Positions 1-8,005 of a stretch of 64,000 nt of DNA are shown piece after piece. Origin of the DNA: Gemmatimonadales bacterium. GTDB taxonomy: Bacteria; Gemmatimonadota; Gemmatimonadetes; Gemmatimonadales; GWC2-71-9. A program made the translations under genes and the position numbers. Within the stretch, counting starts at the first letter, position 1. The number at the start of each line of letters is the position of its first letter. Location of the stretch: NCBI GenBank assembly GCA_036555275.1, contig DATBLR010000107.1:24717-88716 (forward strand). Direction: 5' to 3'. Below the pieces are notes generated by a model, which ran no database searches, was not told the DNA's origin, and saw only the letters and a list, made by a program, of their open reading frames with translations.

Positions 1-25
1 AGCACAGCTTTGAGTGAGGGCAGAA

Positions 26-116
26 GGCTATCGGCTATCAGCTATCGGCTATCGACCGAAGGACACCGTGGACGCCCTCGACCGCCCCGACGACCGATAG
101 CCGATAGCCGATAGCC
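26..116. repeat. Array-hairpin element, GGCTATC class: 4 tandem heptamers (26-54), 40-nt spacer, 3 reverse-complement heptamers CGATAGC (95-116)
   Basis: Read directly: ggctatc ggctatc agctatc ggctatc g ... cgatagc cgatagc cgatagc c. Ends 9 nt before the panC start. Confidence 0.85.
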
Positions 117-125
117 AACGGCCCG

Positions 126-980
126 ATGCTCGAATTCTCCGACATCCCGCCTCTCCGCACCTGGCTCGCCGACCAGCGGAGCGCCGGCCGGCGGATCGCC
201 CTGGTGCCTACCATGGGCGCGCTGCATGAGGGTCACCTCTCACTGGTGGATGAAGCCCGCCGCCGCGCCGACGCAGTGGTCCTGAGCATCTTCGTCAACC
301 CGCTGCAGTTCGGTCCCCACGAGGACTTTCAGCGCTACCCCCGCGACCTGCAGCGGGACCGTGCCCGCTCGGCGGAGCGAGGAGTCGCCGCGCTGTTCGT
401 TCCTGCGCTGGAGCTGATGTATCCGCCAGGGTCGGAGACCCGGGTTGTGCCGGGAGCGACGGCGGAGCGCTGGGAAGGCGCGATGCGTCCGGGGCACTTC
501 ATCGGGGTCCTGACCGTGGTCGCGAAGCTGTTCCATGTTGTCGCGCCCGACGTCGCGGTGTTCGGGCAGAAAGACATTCAACAGGCCACGCTGGTGCGAC
601 GCATGGTGCGGGATCTCGATTTTGCGGTGGAGCTGGTGATCGCGCCGACGATCCGGGAATCGGATGGTCTGGCGTTGAGCAGCCGCAACGCCTACCTCAA
701 CCCACCCCAACGGCGCCAGGCATTGGCACTCTCGACCGCCCTCCGGACCGCCGAAATGGCATGGCGCGGTGGGGAACAGGATGCCGCGATTCTGGAGCAC
801 CGGATGTGGGAGCAATTCCATACCTTTTCAGGAGTTACGGTAGACTATATTGCCATTGTGGACCCCGATCGCTTGCAGCCTGTCAAAACCGCCGTCCGTG
901 GCACGATCGTCGCAGTTGCTTGCCACGTCGGGCCCACCAGGCTGATCGATAACCACATCCTCGGCATGGAGTTTCGCTGA
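126..980 (+). CDS. panC: Pantoate--beta-alanine ligase
   Basis: 284-aa ORF. PTMGALHEGHLSLV HIGH-type nucleotidyltransferase motif and PanC-like sequence throughout. Confidence 0.93.
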   Translation: MLEFSDIPPLRTWLADQRSAGRRIALVPTMGALHEGHLSLVDEARRRADAVVLSIFVNPLQFGPHEDFQRYPRDLQRDRARSAERGVAALFVPALELMYPPGSETRVVPGATAERWEGAMRPGHFIGVLTVVAKLFHVVAPDVAVFGQKDIQQATLVRRMVRDLDFAVELVIAPTIRESDGLALSSRNAYLNPPQRRQALALSTALRTAEMAWRGGEQDAAILEHRMWEQFHTFSGVTVDYIAIVDPDRLQPVKTAVRGTIVAVACHVGPTRLIDNHILGMEFR

Positions 981-982
981 AC

Positions 983-1564
983 GTGATTCACGAGATGCGT
1001 AGCGCGCCATCGGGTTTGCGACCGACGTTGCCGGAATGGGCGATGGTCTCGCCCATGCGGCTCGCCCACATCGAGCGAGTGGCGCAGCTGGTGGCGCAGT
1101 GGGCCGAGGAGATGGGTGTGCCGGACAGCGAACGCAACCGCTGGCTGCGCTCGGTCTGGCTGCACGATGCCATGCGCGACGCGCCCGACGCGGAGCTGGA
1201 GCGCTGGGCACCGTCGGTGCCCGGGCCCGCCGCGCTGCGGCACGGTCCCGCGAGCGCGGCCCGCGCCAAGGCAGACGGTGAGACCGATCGCGGCGTGCTT
1301 GACGCGGTGCGCTATCACAGCGTCGGCCTCGCCGAATGGGACATGGTGGGGCGGGTGCTGTATTGCGCCGACTTTCTGGAGCCAGGGCGGGACCACTCGC
1401 CCGCCGAACGCGCGGCCCTGGCGCGGCGATTCCCGCGCGACTCGAGCTCTGTGCTCCGCGAGGTCGCCCGGGCCCGGCTGAGCCATGCGATCGTGTCGGG
1501 CTGGCCGCTTCCCGATCCTACGGTGCGCTTTTGGAACTCGCTCCAGGGACTCGCCGCGCGCTGA
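983..1564 (+). CDS. HD-domain phosphohydrolase, YqeK-like
   Basis: 193-aa ORF starting 3 nt after the panC stop. Shows the WLHDAMRD ... RYHSVG ... YCADFLEPGR pattern of YqeK-type HD hydrolases. Confidence 0.7.
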   Translation: MIHEMRSAPSGLRPTLPEWAMVSPMRLAHIERVAQLVAQWAEEMGVPDSERNRWLRSVWLHDAMRDAPDAELERWAPSVPGPAALRHGPASAARAKADGETDRGVLDAVRYHSVGLAEWDMVGRVLYCADFLEPGRDHSPAERAALARRFPRDSSSVLREVARARLSHAIVSGWPLPDPTVRFWNSLQGLAAR

Positions 1565-1962
1565 TCGGCGCCGGCGTCGTGTTCGCCGGCATCGCCATTG
1601 TCCTGCTGGCCCGCACCTTCCGGCGTGACCGGGTCGAAGGCCACGCCTTTCCCATTCCATCCCGCGACCAGCGCGTCATCGTCGAAGTGCTGAACGGCAC
1701 CGACCGGAACGGCCTGGCCCGACTGGGCGCACGCCGCCTCCGGCGTCAGGGATTCGATGTCGTCTCTTTCGGCAATGCCGAATCACCCGGCGTCGATACC
1801 ACGACCGTGCTGGTGCGCCGGGGGAGTGCCGAGCCGGCGGAACGGGTGCGGTCGGCGCTCGGCGTGGGCACTGTGGTGGCGCGGAAGGACACCCTGCGGC
1901 GGGTGGATGTGACCGTGATCCTCGGCTCCGACTTCCGGCCTGACGAGGATGGCCGGCCGTAG
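1531..1962 (+). CDS. LytR_C (LytR/CpsA/Psr C-terminal) domain protein with one N-terminal TM helix
   Basis: Distal part of ORF 1336..1962: TM segment LIGAGVVFAGIAIVLLA, then a VIVEVLNGT..GLA...L..QGFDVVSFGNA block. The upstream part of the ORF overlaps the previous gene. Start is uncertain; TTG 1531 was chosen. Confidence 0.6.
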   Translation: MELAPGTRRALIGAGVVFAGIAIVLLARTFRRDRVEGHAFPIPSRDQRVIVEVLNGTDRNGLARLGARRLRRQGFDVVSFGNAESPGVDTTTVLVRRGSAEPAERVRSALGVGTVVARKDTLRRVDVTVILGSDFRPDEDGRP

Positions 1963-1990
1963 GGGCCGCATGCATGCGGCCCCTACGGCC
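1955..1990. terminator. Perfect 36-bp palindrome centred on GCATGC between convergent genes (bidirectional terminator candidate); extra copy of the right half at 1999-2017
   Basis: ggccgtaggggccgcatg|catgcggcccctacggcc is exactly self-complementary. 1999-2017 is the exact reverse complement of 1951-1969. Confidence 0.7.
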
Positions 1991-2005
1991 GCAGGTACGC
2001 GGCCC

Positions 2006-3358
2006 CTACGGCCGGCCAGGCACCAGCCCCAGAACCAGGTCCATCACGTTGGTTCCGGTCATTCCCGTCTTGAAGAGCGCTCCTGCCGCCGCCAGCGCAT
2101 CGTAGCCATGGTGGGTCTGGAGGTCGCGTGCGGGGTCGCGCCCCGCGCGTCGGATGGCGTCCCAGGTGCCGGCCTCCGCAAACCCGCCCGCGGCGTCGGT
2201 AGGCCCGTCCCGCCCATCCGTCCCAGCCGCTAACAAGACCAGCCGCCGAGTCGCCGAGCCGTCGAGCCGTCGAGCCGCTTCGTCAAGAACTCCGGCGGCG
2301 GCAAGGGCCAGCTCCTGGGACCGCCCGCCCAGGCCGGCGTCGGGCGTGAGGGTAACAGTGGTCTCTCCGCCCCAGATCAGGACCGTATCTTTATTCACTC
2401 CGCTGGCTTGCGCGGCCGCGAGCTTTGTGGCATCATATGCCAGCAAGGTCGTGGCGAGCCGCCTGCCCACGTCGGCCGCCTCGCCGGTCAGGGCGGCGTC
2501 CAGCAGCAAGGGCTCCAGTCCCAGTTCCCGGGCCCGCGCCGCAGTGGCTTCAAGGGCCAGCCGGTTGCTGGCGATGAGAATCGTCTGAGTGCTTCGGAAG
2601 GCGGGATCGCCCGGCTTCGGTGTCTCGGGTGCGTCGCCCCGGATCACCGCCTCGAGGTGGTCGCGGAGCTCTGCTGGGATCTTCTCCCACAGGCTGTCGG
2701 TTTCGAGCATGGCTCGGATCTCGGCGGCTCTCGACGGATCTGGAATACAGGGACCTGAGCCGATTGAACCCAGGTCGTCACCGATTACGTCGGAGATTGT
2801 GAAATTTTTCACGTGCGCCGGATGGAGGGCGGCGGCGAGGCGTCCGCCGCCCCAGCGCGCGAACCGTTTGCGGATCCGGTTCATGGCAGTTATATCGAGC
2901 CCGGATCCCAGCAGGAGCCGGAATAACTCGGTGAAATCCGTCGGTCGGAGCCCAGGCAATGGGGCGCCGACGAGGCTCGTCGTGCCCCCCGAGAGGAGTA
3001 CCCACACCTCATCGTCGGGGCCCACGCGGGCTACTGCTTGGCCCACCAGCTCGGCGGCGGCGAATGAACCGGGCCCGGGTTGGGGATGGTCGCCTACCCC
3101 GACAACCAGGCGTGGGTGGGGTGAGGGCGCGGCTTCGGGCAGGACCAGCACTCCTCCTGCGGGCGCGGTTCCCCGGTCGGCCAGGACTTGAACCGCAGCC
3201 TGGGCCATCGGAAGCGAGGCCTTGCCGAGGGCGAACAGATGCACCCGACGGCTGGTGGGGTGCGCGGCGAGCGCCGCCCTCAGGGCGGGCGCCGGTGCCG
3301 CGGCATGGACCGCCGCCCAGTACAGCTCGGTGAGCAGGGTGCGCGGATCAGCCGACAT
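2006..3358 (-). CDS. Glycerate 2-kinase family protein (DUF4147 + MOFRL; TtuD/hydroxypyruvate-reductase-like annotation class)
   Basis: ORF 2006..3583 trimmed to ATG 3358 (MSADPRTLL...). GGETTV and GTDGRDGPTDAAG blocks are present. Confidence 0.85.
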   Translation of the reverse strand: MSADPRTLLTELYWAAVHAAAPAPALRAALAAHPTSRRVHLFALGKASLPMAQAAVQVLADRGTAPAGGVLVLPEAAPSPHPRLVVGVGDHPQPGPGSFAAAELVGQAVARVGPDDEVWVLLSGGTTSLVGAPLPGLRPTDFTELFRLLLGSGLDITAMNRIRKRFARWGGGRLAAALHPAHVKNFTISDVIGDDLGSIGSGPCIPDPSRAAEIRAMLETDSLWEKIPAELRDHLEAVIRGDAPETPKPGDPAFRSTQTILIASNRLALEATAARARELGLEPLLLDAALTGEAADVGRRLATTLLAYDATKLAAAQASGVNKDTVLIWGGETTVTLTPDAGLGGRSQELALAAAGVLDEAARRLDGSATRRLVLLAAGTDGRDGPTDAAGGFAEAGTWDAIRRAGRDPARDLQTHHGYDALAAAGALFKTGMTGTNVMDLVLGLVPGRP

Positions 3359-3401
3359 GGCGGGCGTGGTCAGGCAGGGTCCGGATGATGGTAGCAGGCA
3401 T

Positions 3402-3430
3402 GCGGGCGGTATGAACATACAGCCGCCCGC
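3402..3430. promoter_or_regulatory. 29-bp near-perfect palindrome in the divergent glycerate-kinase <-> sga control region (candidate operator)
   Basis: gcgggcggtatg aa catacagccgcccgc: outer 8 bp are perfect and the core is TATGAACATA. A second inverted repeat, cgagagc-ccgga-gctctcg, follows at about 3441-3465. Confidence 0.35.
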
Positions 3431-3493
3431 GAGCATTCGCGCGAGAGCCCGGAGCTCTCGCTCCGTGTTGTCTTCAGCGCAGAGGGTGATGCC

Positions 3494-4732
3494 ATGCCAG
3501 GCCGCAATTTCCTGTTCGTCCCCGGTCCCACGAATTCGCCCGACCGCATCCTCAGGGCGATGCATGTGCCCATGGAGGACCACCGGTCGTCATCGTTCCC
3601 CGGGCTCACCGGACCGATCTTCCGCGACCTGAAGCGGGTCTTCCAAAGCGAAACCGGGACGCCCTTCATCTTCCCGGGCACCGGGACCGGCGGCTGGGAG
3701 TCCGCGCTGGTTAACACCCTCTCCCCCGGCGACAAGGTGCTGTCGTTCCGCTATGGCCAGTTCAGTCACCTGTGGATCGACATGATGCAGCGGATGGGGC
3801 TCGACGTGACCGCGATCGACGTCGAATGGGGCGAAGGCGCGCCGCCGGAGACCATTCATGACATCCTGGCCAAGGACGCCAAGCATGGGTACAAGGCCGT
3901 CTGCGTAGTCCACAACGAGACCGCTACCGGGGTGACCAGCGACGTCGCGGCGGTGCGCAAGGCGATGGACGCCGCCAAACATCCCGCCTTCCTGTTCGTG
4001 GACAGCGTCTCGGGCCTCGCCAGCATCGATTTCCGGATGGATGAATGGCGAGTCGATATGGCCGTGACCGGATCCCAGAAGGGCTTCATGCTGCCGGCCG
4101 GTGCGGGCATCGTCTGCGTCAGCCCCCGGGCCCTGGAGGCCGGCAAGACGGCGAAGCTGCCGCGCTGCTACTGGAGCTTCGAGGACATGATCAAGGCGAA
4201 CGCGACGGGTTATTTCCCCTACACGCCGTCCGTGCCGATGCTGTACGGCTTGCGCGAGGCGCTCGACATGCTGTTCGAGGAGGGACTCGAGAACGTGTTC
4301 GCCCGGCACCACCGGCTGGCGGAAGGGTGCCGTCGGGCGGCCGCGGCGTGGGGCCTCACCCTGTGCGCCCGGGCGCCCAAGTGGCATTCCGATACCGTGA
4401 GCGCGATCATGGTGCCCGCGGGCGTGAATGCGGCCGACGTGATCGATGTGGCCTACCGGCGCTACAACTTCGCGTTGGGGGCCGGCCTCAACAAAGTCGC
4501 GGGTAAGTTGTTCCGGATCGGCCACCTGGGCGATCTCAACGAGATCACCCTCGCCGCGGGGTTGGCGGGGACGGAGATGGCCATGCGCGATGTCGGGATC
4601 AAGGTCGAGTTCGGCAAGGGCGTCGCCGCGGCGCAGCAGTACTGGATCGAGACCCAGACTCCGCTGCCGCCCAAGACCGTGGCGGGTCCCGCCGAGGCGG
4701 CGGTGGCGCGCAAGCCGGCGGGCGTCGCGTGA
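3494..4732 (+). CDS. sga: Serine--glyoxylate (alanine--glyoxylate) aminotransferase, class V PLP enzyme
   Basis: 412 aa. N-terminus MPGRNFLFVPGPTNSPDRIL and the SQKGFMLPAG PLP-lysine block. Gene context fits (mcl, mtkAB, hprA, ppc). Confidence 0.85.
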   Translation: MPGRNFLFVPGPTNSPDRILRAMHVPMEDHRSSSFPGLTGPIFRDLKRVFQSETGTPFIFPGTGTGGWESALVNTLSPGDKVLSFRYGQFSHLWIDMMQRMGLDVTAIDVEWGEGAPPETIHDILAKDAKHGYKAVCVVHNETATGVTSDVAAVRKAMDAAKHPAFLFVDSVSGLASIDFRMDEWRVDMAVTGSQKGFMLPAGAGIVCVSPRALEAGKTAKLPRCYWSFEDMIKANATGYFPYTPSVPMLYGLREALDMLFEEGLENVFARHHRLAEGCRRAAAAWGLTLCARAPKWHSDTVSAIMVPAGVNAADVIDVAYRRYNFALGAGLNKVAGKLFRIGHLGDLNEITLAAGLAGTEMAMRDVGIKVEFGKGVAAAQQYWIETQTPLPPKTVAGPAEAAVARKPAGVA

Positions 4733-5670
4733 GCCACACCCGCTACGAGCCGGCTCGCCCCCGGCTGCAGCGGAGCGAGCTGGCCGTACCGGGCTCCAAT
4801 CCGGCCATGTTCGAGAAGGCCCTCGCCAGCGCCGCGGACTACGTCTTCCTGGACCTGGAGGACTCGGTCGCGCCAGCGGACAAGGAACAGGCGAGGATCA
4901 ACGTCATTCGGGGGCTGAACCAGCACGACTGGCGGGGTCATGGCAAGACCATCTGCGTTCGGGTAAACGGGATCGACACCCACTACTACTACCGCGATAT
5001 GGTGGACGTGGTGGAGCAGGCCGGTGAGAAGGTGGAGGTGGTGCTGGTCCCCAAGGTCGGGGTGCCGGGAGACGTGTACCTCACTGACGCCCTGCTGACC
5101 CAGATCGAAGCCGCCAAGGGGATCACCCAGCGGATCGGCATCGACGTGCTCATCGAGACCGCGCTGGGAATGGCGAACGTGGAGGCCATCGCCCAGAGCT
5201 CGAAGCGCCTGGAGGCGATGCACTTCGGGGTGGCCGACTACGCCGCCAGCATGCGGGCGCGGACGGTCTCGATCGGCGGGCTCAACCCCGACTATCCCGG
5301 CGACCAGTGGCATGCCTCTCTCACCCGCATGATCGTGGCGTGCCGGGCCTACGGGCTCAGGCCGATCGACGGGCCGTTCGGGGACTTCAAGGATCCGGAT
5401 GCCTATCTCGCCGCGGCCCGTCGCGGTGCGGCGCTGGGCATCGAGGGGAAGTGGGCGATCCATCCCAGCCAGATCGAGCTGGCGAATCAGGTCTTCACGC
5501 CGCCGGAGGCCGAGGTGACCCGGGCCCGGCGGATCCTTGAGGCGCTGGAGCAGGCCGCGCGAGACGGAAAGGGGGCCGCCCAGCTGGATGGCAAGATGAT
5601 CGACGCCGCCAGTGCGCGCATGGCGCAGAACGTAGTGGAGATGGCGAAGGCGATCGGGGCGAAGCGGTGA
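4729..5670 (+). CDS. mcl: L-malyl-CoA/beta-methylmalyl-CoA lyase (HpcH/HpaI-CitE fold)
   Basis: 313 aa. SELAVPGSNPAMFEKA...DYVFLDLEDSVAP and the KWAIHPSQIE block. GTGA start/stop overlap with sga. Confidence 0.85.
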   Translation: MSHTRYEPARPRLQRSELAVPGSNPAMFEKALASAADYVFLDLEDSVAPADKEQARINVIRGLNQHDWRGHGKTICVRVNGIDTHYYYRDMVDVVEQAGEKVEVVLVPKVGVPGDVYLTDALLTQIEAAKGITQRIGIDVLIETALGMANVEAIAQSSKRLEAMHFGVADYAASMRARTVSIGGLNPDYPGDQWHASLTRMIVACRAYGLRPIDGPFGDFKDPDAYLAAARRGAALGIEGKWAIHPSQIELANQVFTPPEAEVTRARRILEALEQAARDGKGAAQLDGKMIDAASARMAQNVVEMAKAIGAKR

Positions 5671-5681
5671 GAGGGGCCGCC

Positions 5682-5785
5682 GGCTATCGGCTATCAGCTA
5701 TCGGCTGTCGGAGCTTGGGACGAGGTCAGGAGCCCGTCTCGGGCCCCGACGTTAGGGCCGATAGCTGATAGCCGATAGCTGACCA
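5682..5785. repeat. Array-hairpin element, GGCTATC class, in the mcl|mtkA intercistronic gap
   Basis: Left arm ggctatc ggctatc agctatc ggctgtc gg (5682-5711). Right arm gccgata gctgata gccgata gctgacc (5757-5785). The first 25 nt of the left arm are identical to the element at 26-116. Confidence 0.85.
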
Positions 5786-5817
5786 TTCGTCCCGGCATTC
5801 ATCAGCGGAGACCACCC

Positions 5818-6990
5818 GTGGACATCCACGAATACCAATCCAAAGAACTCCTCGCCAACTTCGGCGTCGCCGTCCCGCGGGGCGGGGTGGCCTACAGTGC
5901 CGAGCAGGCGGTCTACCGGGCCGCGGAAATCGGCGGCTCGCGGTGGGCCGTCAAGGCGCAGATCCACTCCGGGGCCCGGGGCAAGGCCGGCGGCATCAAG
6001 TTATGCACCACCGAGGATGAGGTGCGCAAGGCCGCCAACGAGCTGCTCGGCAAGCGCCTGGTCACCCACCAGACCGGGCCCGACGGCAAGGTCGTGCACC
6101 GGTTATATGTCGAGGCCGCAGTGCCCATCGAACGGGAGCTGTACGTCGGCTTCGTTCTGGACCGGAAGAGCGAGCGGATCATGATGGTGGCTCACCCGCA
6201 TGGCGGCATGGAGATCGAGGAGATCGCCAAGAGCGAGCCCGAGACCATCCTCCGCCAGACCATGGAGCCGGCCGTCGGCATGCAGTCGTTTCAGGCGCGC
6301 GAGGTCGCCTTCGGGCTGGGGCTGCCTGCCGCCGCGGTGAACCGGATGGTGAACACGCTGATGGGCTGCCACCGGGCGTTCCGGGAGCTGGACGCCACGA
6401 TGGTGGAGATCAACCCGCTGGTGCTGACCCGGGACGGGCAGCTGCTCGCCCTCGACGCCAAGATGGCCTTCGATGACAACGCCCTGTTCCGGCGCCCCAA
6501 TGTCACCGAGCTCCGCGACCATGCCGAAGAGGACCCCCGCGAGGCACAGGCGTCCGAGCACGGGCTCAACTATGTGGCGCTGGATGGGGAGATCGGCTGC
6601 ATCATCAACGGCGCCGGGTTGGCCATGGCGACCATGGACATGATCAAGCACGCCGGCGGCTCCCCGGCCAACTTCCTCGACGTGGGCGGGGGGGCATCGC
6701 CGGAACGGGTCGCCATGGCGTTCAAGCTGGTGCTGCAGGATCGCAAAGTCGGCGCCATGCTGGTCAACATCTTCGCGGGTATCAACCGCTGCGACTGGGT
6801 GGCCAAGGGCGTGGTGCAGGCTGTGAAGGAAGTCGGGGTGAACGTGCCCCTGGTGGTTAGGCTCGCCGGCACCAATGTGGAGGAAGGCCGCAAGATCATT
6901 CAGGAGTCGGGCCTGCCCATCATCTCGGCGGAGTCGCTTGAGGACGCCGCGGACAAGGTGGTGGCGGCGTGGAAGAAGGCCAAGAAATAG
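5818..6990 (+). CDS. mtkA: Malate--CoA ligase (malate thiokinase) beta subunit; succinyl-CoA ligase beta is the alternative
   Basis: 390 aa with an ATP-grasp N-terminus, [12 protein letters not shown]...[19 protein letters not shown]. Assigned to Mtk rather than SucC from context only. Confidence 0.75.
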   Translation: MDIHEYQSKELLANFGVAVPRGGVAYSAEQAVYRAAEIGGSRWAVKAQIHSGARGKAGGIKLCTTEDEVRKAANELLGKRLVTHQTGPDGKVVHRLYVEAAVPIERELYVGFVLDRKSERIMMVAHPHGGMEIEEIAKSEPETILRQTMEPAVGMQSFQAREVAFGLGLPAAAVNRMVNTLMGCHRAFRELDATMVEINPLVLTRDGQLLALDAKMAFDDNALFRRPNVTELRDHAEEDPREAQASEHGLNYVALDGEIGCIINGAGLAMATMDMIKHAGGSPANFLDVGGGASPERVAMAFKLVLQDRKVGAMLVNIFAGINRCDWVAKGVVQAVKEVGVNVPLVVRLAGTNVEEGRKIIQESGLPIISAESLEDAADKVVAAWKKAKK

Positions 6991-7065
6991 GGGGAACGGG
7001 GAACCGGGAACGGGGAACGGGCACTGCCTCCTCCCCGTTCTCCGTTCCCCGTTCTCCCATTCCCC
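6991..7065. repeat. Array-hairpin element, GGGGAAC class, in the mtkA|mtkB intercistronic gap
   Basis: ggggaac ggggaac cgggaac ggggaac ggg - 11-nt loop - ccccgtt ctccgtt ccccgtt ctcccat tcccc. Begins on the nucleotide after the mtkA stop. Confidence 0.88.
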
Positions 7066-7090
7066 AAATCGCGCTGGAGATGGAATCGTC

Positions 7091-8005
7091 ATGGCCATCA
7101 TGATCAACGAGCTGACCCGCATCATCGTCCAGGGCATCACGGGCGATAAGGCGACCTTCCACTCCCAGAAGATGATCGAGTACGGGGCGAAGGTGGTCGG
7201 CGGAGTCACACCGGGGAAGGGTGGGCAAAACCATATCGGGCTGCCGGTGTTCAACACCGTGAAGGAGGCGGTGGACGCCGTCTATCCCGACGCGAGCATC
7301 ATCTTCGTGCCGGCGGCCTTCTGCGCCGACGCGATCATGGAAGCGGCGGACGCGGGAATCAAGCTGGTCTGCTGCATCACCGACGGGATCCCAGCGCAGG
7401 ACATGATGATGGTGAAGCGCTACCTGCGGCGGTACCCGAAGGAGAAGCGCACCACCCTGGTCGGGCCCAATTGCGCCGGTCTCATCAGCCCGGGCAGATC
7501 GATGCTGGGCATCATGCCCGGGCACATCTACATGCCGGGACGGGTCGGGCTGGTGACCCGTTCCGGCACCCTGGGGTACGAGGCGGCGAGCCAGATGAAG
7601 GAGCTGGGCATCGGGGTCTCCACGAGCGTCGGGATCGGTGGCGACCCGATCAACGGGTCGAGCTTCCTGGATGTGCTGGCTCTGTTCGAGCGTGACCCGG
7701 AGACCGAGGCGGTCATGATGATCGGCGAGATCGGCGGGCCGCAGGAGGCGGAGGCCGCCATGTGGGTGAAGCAGAACATGACCAAGCCGGTCATCGGGTA
7801 CGTTGCGGGGCTTACCGCCCCCAAGGGCCGCCGCATGGGGCACGCGGGGGCCATCATCTCGGCGTTCGGAGACACAGCCGCCGAGAAGGCGGAGATCATG
7901 CGCTCGCTGGGGCTGCACGTCGCCCCCAGCCCGGCGGAGTTGGGCCGGGCAGTGGCCGAGGCGCTGGCCAAGAAGCCGGCCAAGAAGCGGATGGCGAGCC
8001 GATGA
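7091..8005 (+). CDS. mtkB: Malate--CoA ligase alpha subunit (SucD-family)
   Basis: ORF 6875..8005 trimmed to ATG 7091 (MAIMINELTRIIVQGITGDKATFH), preceded by GGAGATGGA. SRSGTLGYE and GHAGAII phosphohistidine loop are present. Confidence 0.78.
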   Translation: MAIMINELTRIIVQGITGDKATFHSQKMIEYGAKVVGGVTPGKGGQNHIGLPVFNTVKEAVDAVYPDASIIFVPAAFCADAIMEAADAGIKLVCCITDGIPAQDMMMVKRYLRRYPKEKRTTLVGPNCAGLISPGRSMLGIMPGHIYMPGRVGLVTRSGTLGYEAASQMKELGIGVSTSVGIGGDPINGSSFLDVLALFERDPETEAVMMIGEIGGPQEAEAAMWVKQNMTKPVIGYVAGLTAPKGRRMGHAGAIISAFGDTAAEKAEIMRSLGLHVAPSPAELGRAVAEALAKKPAKKRMASR

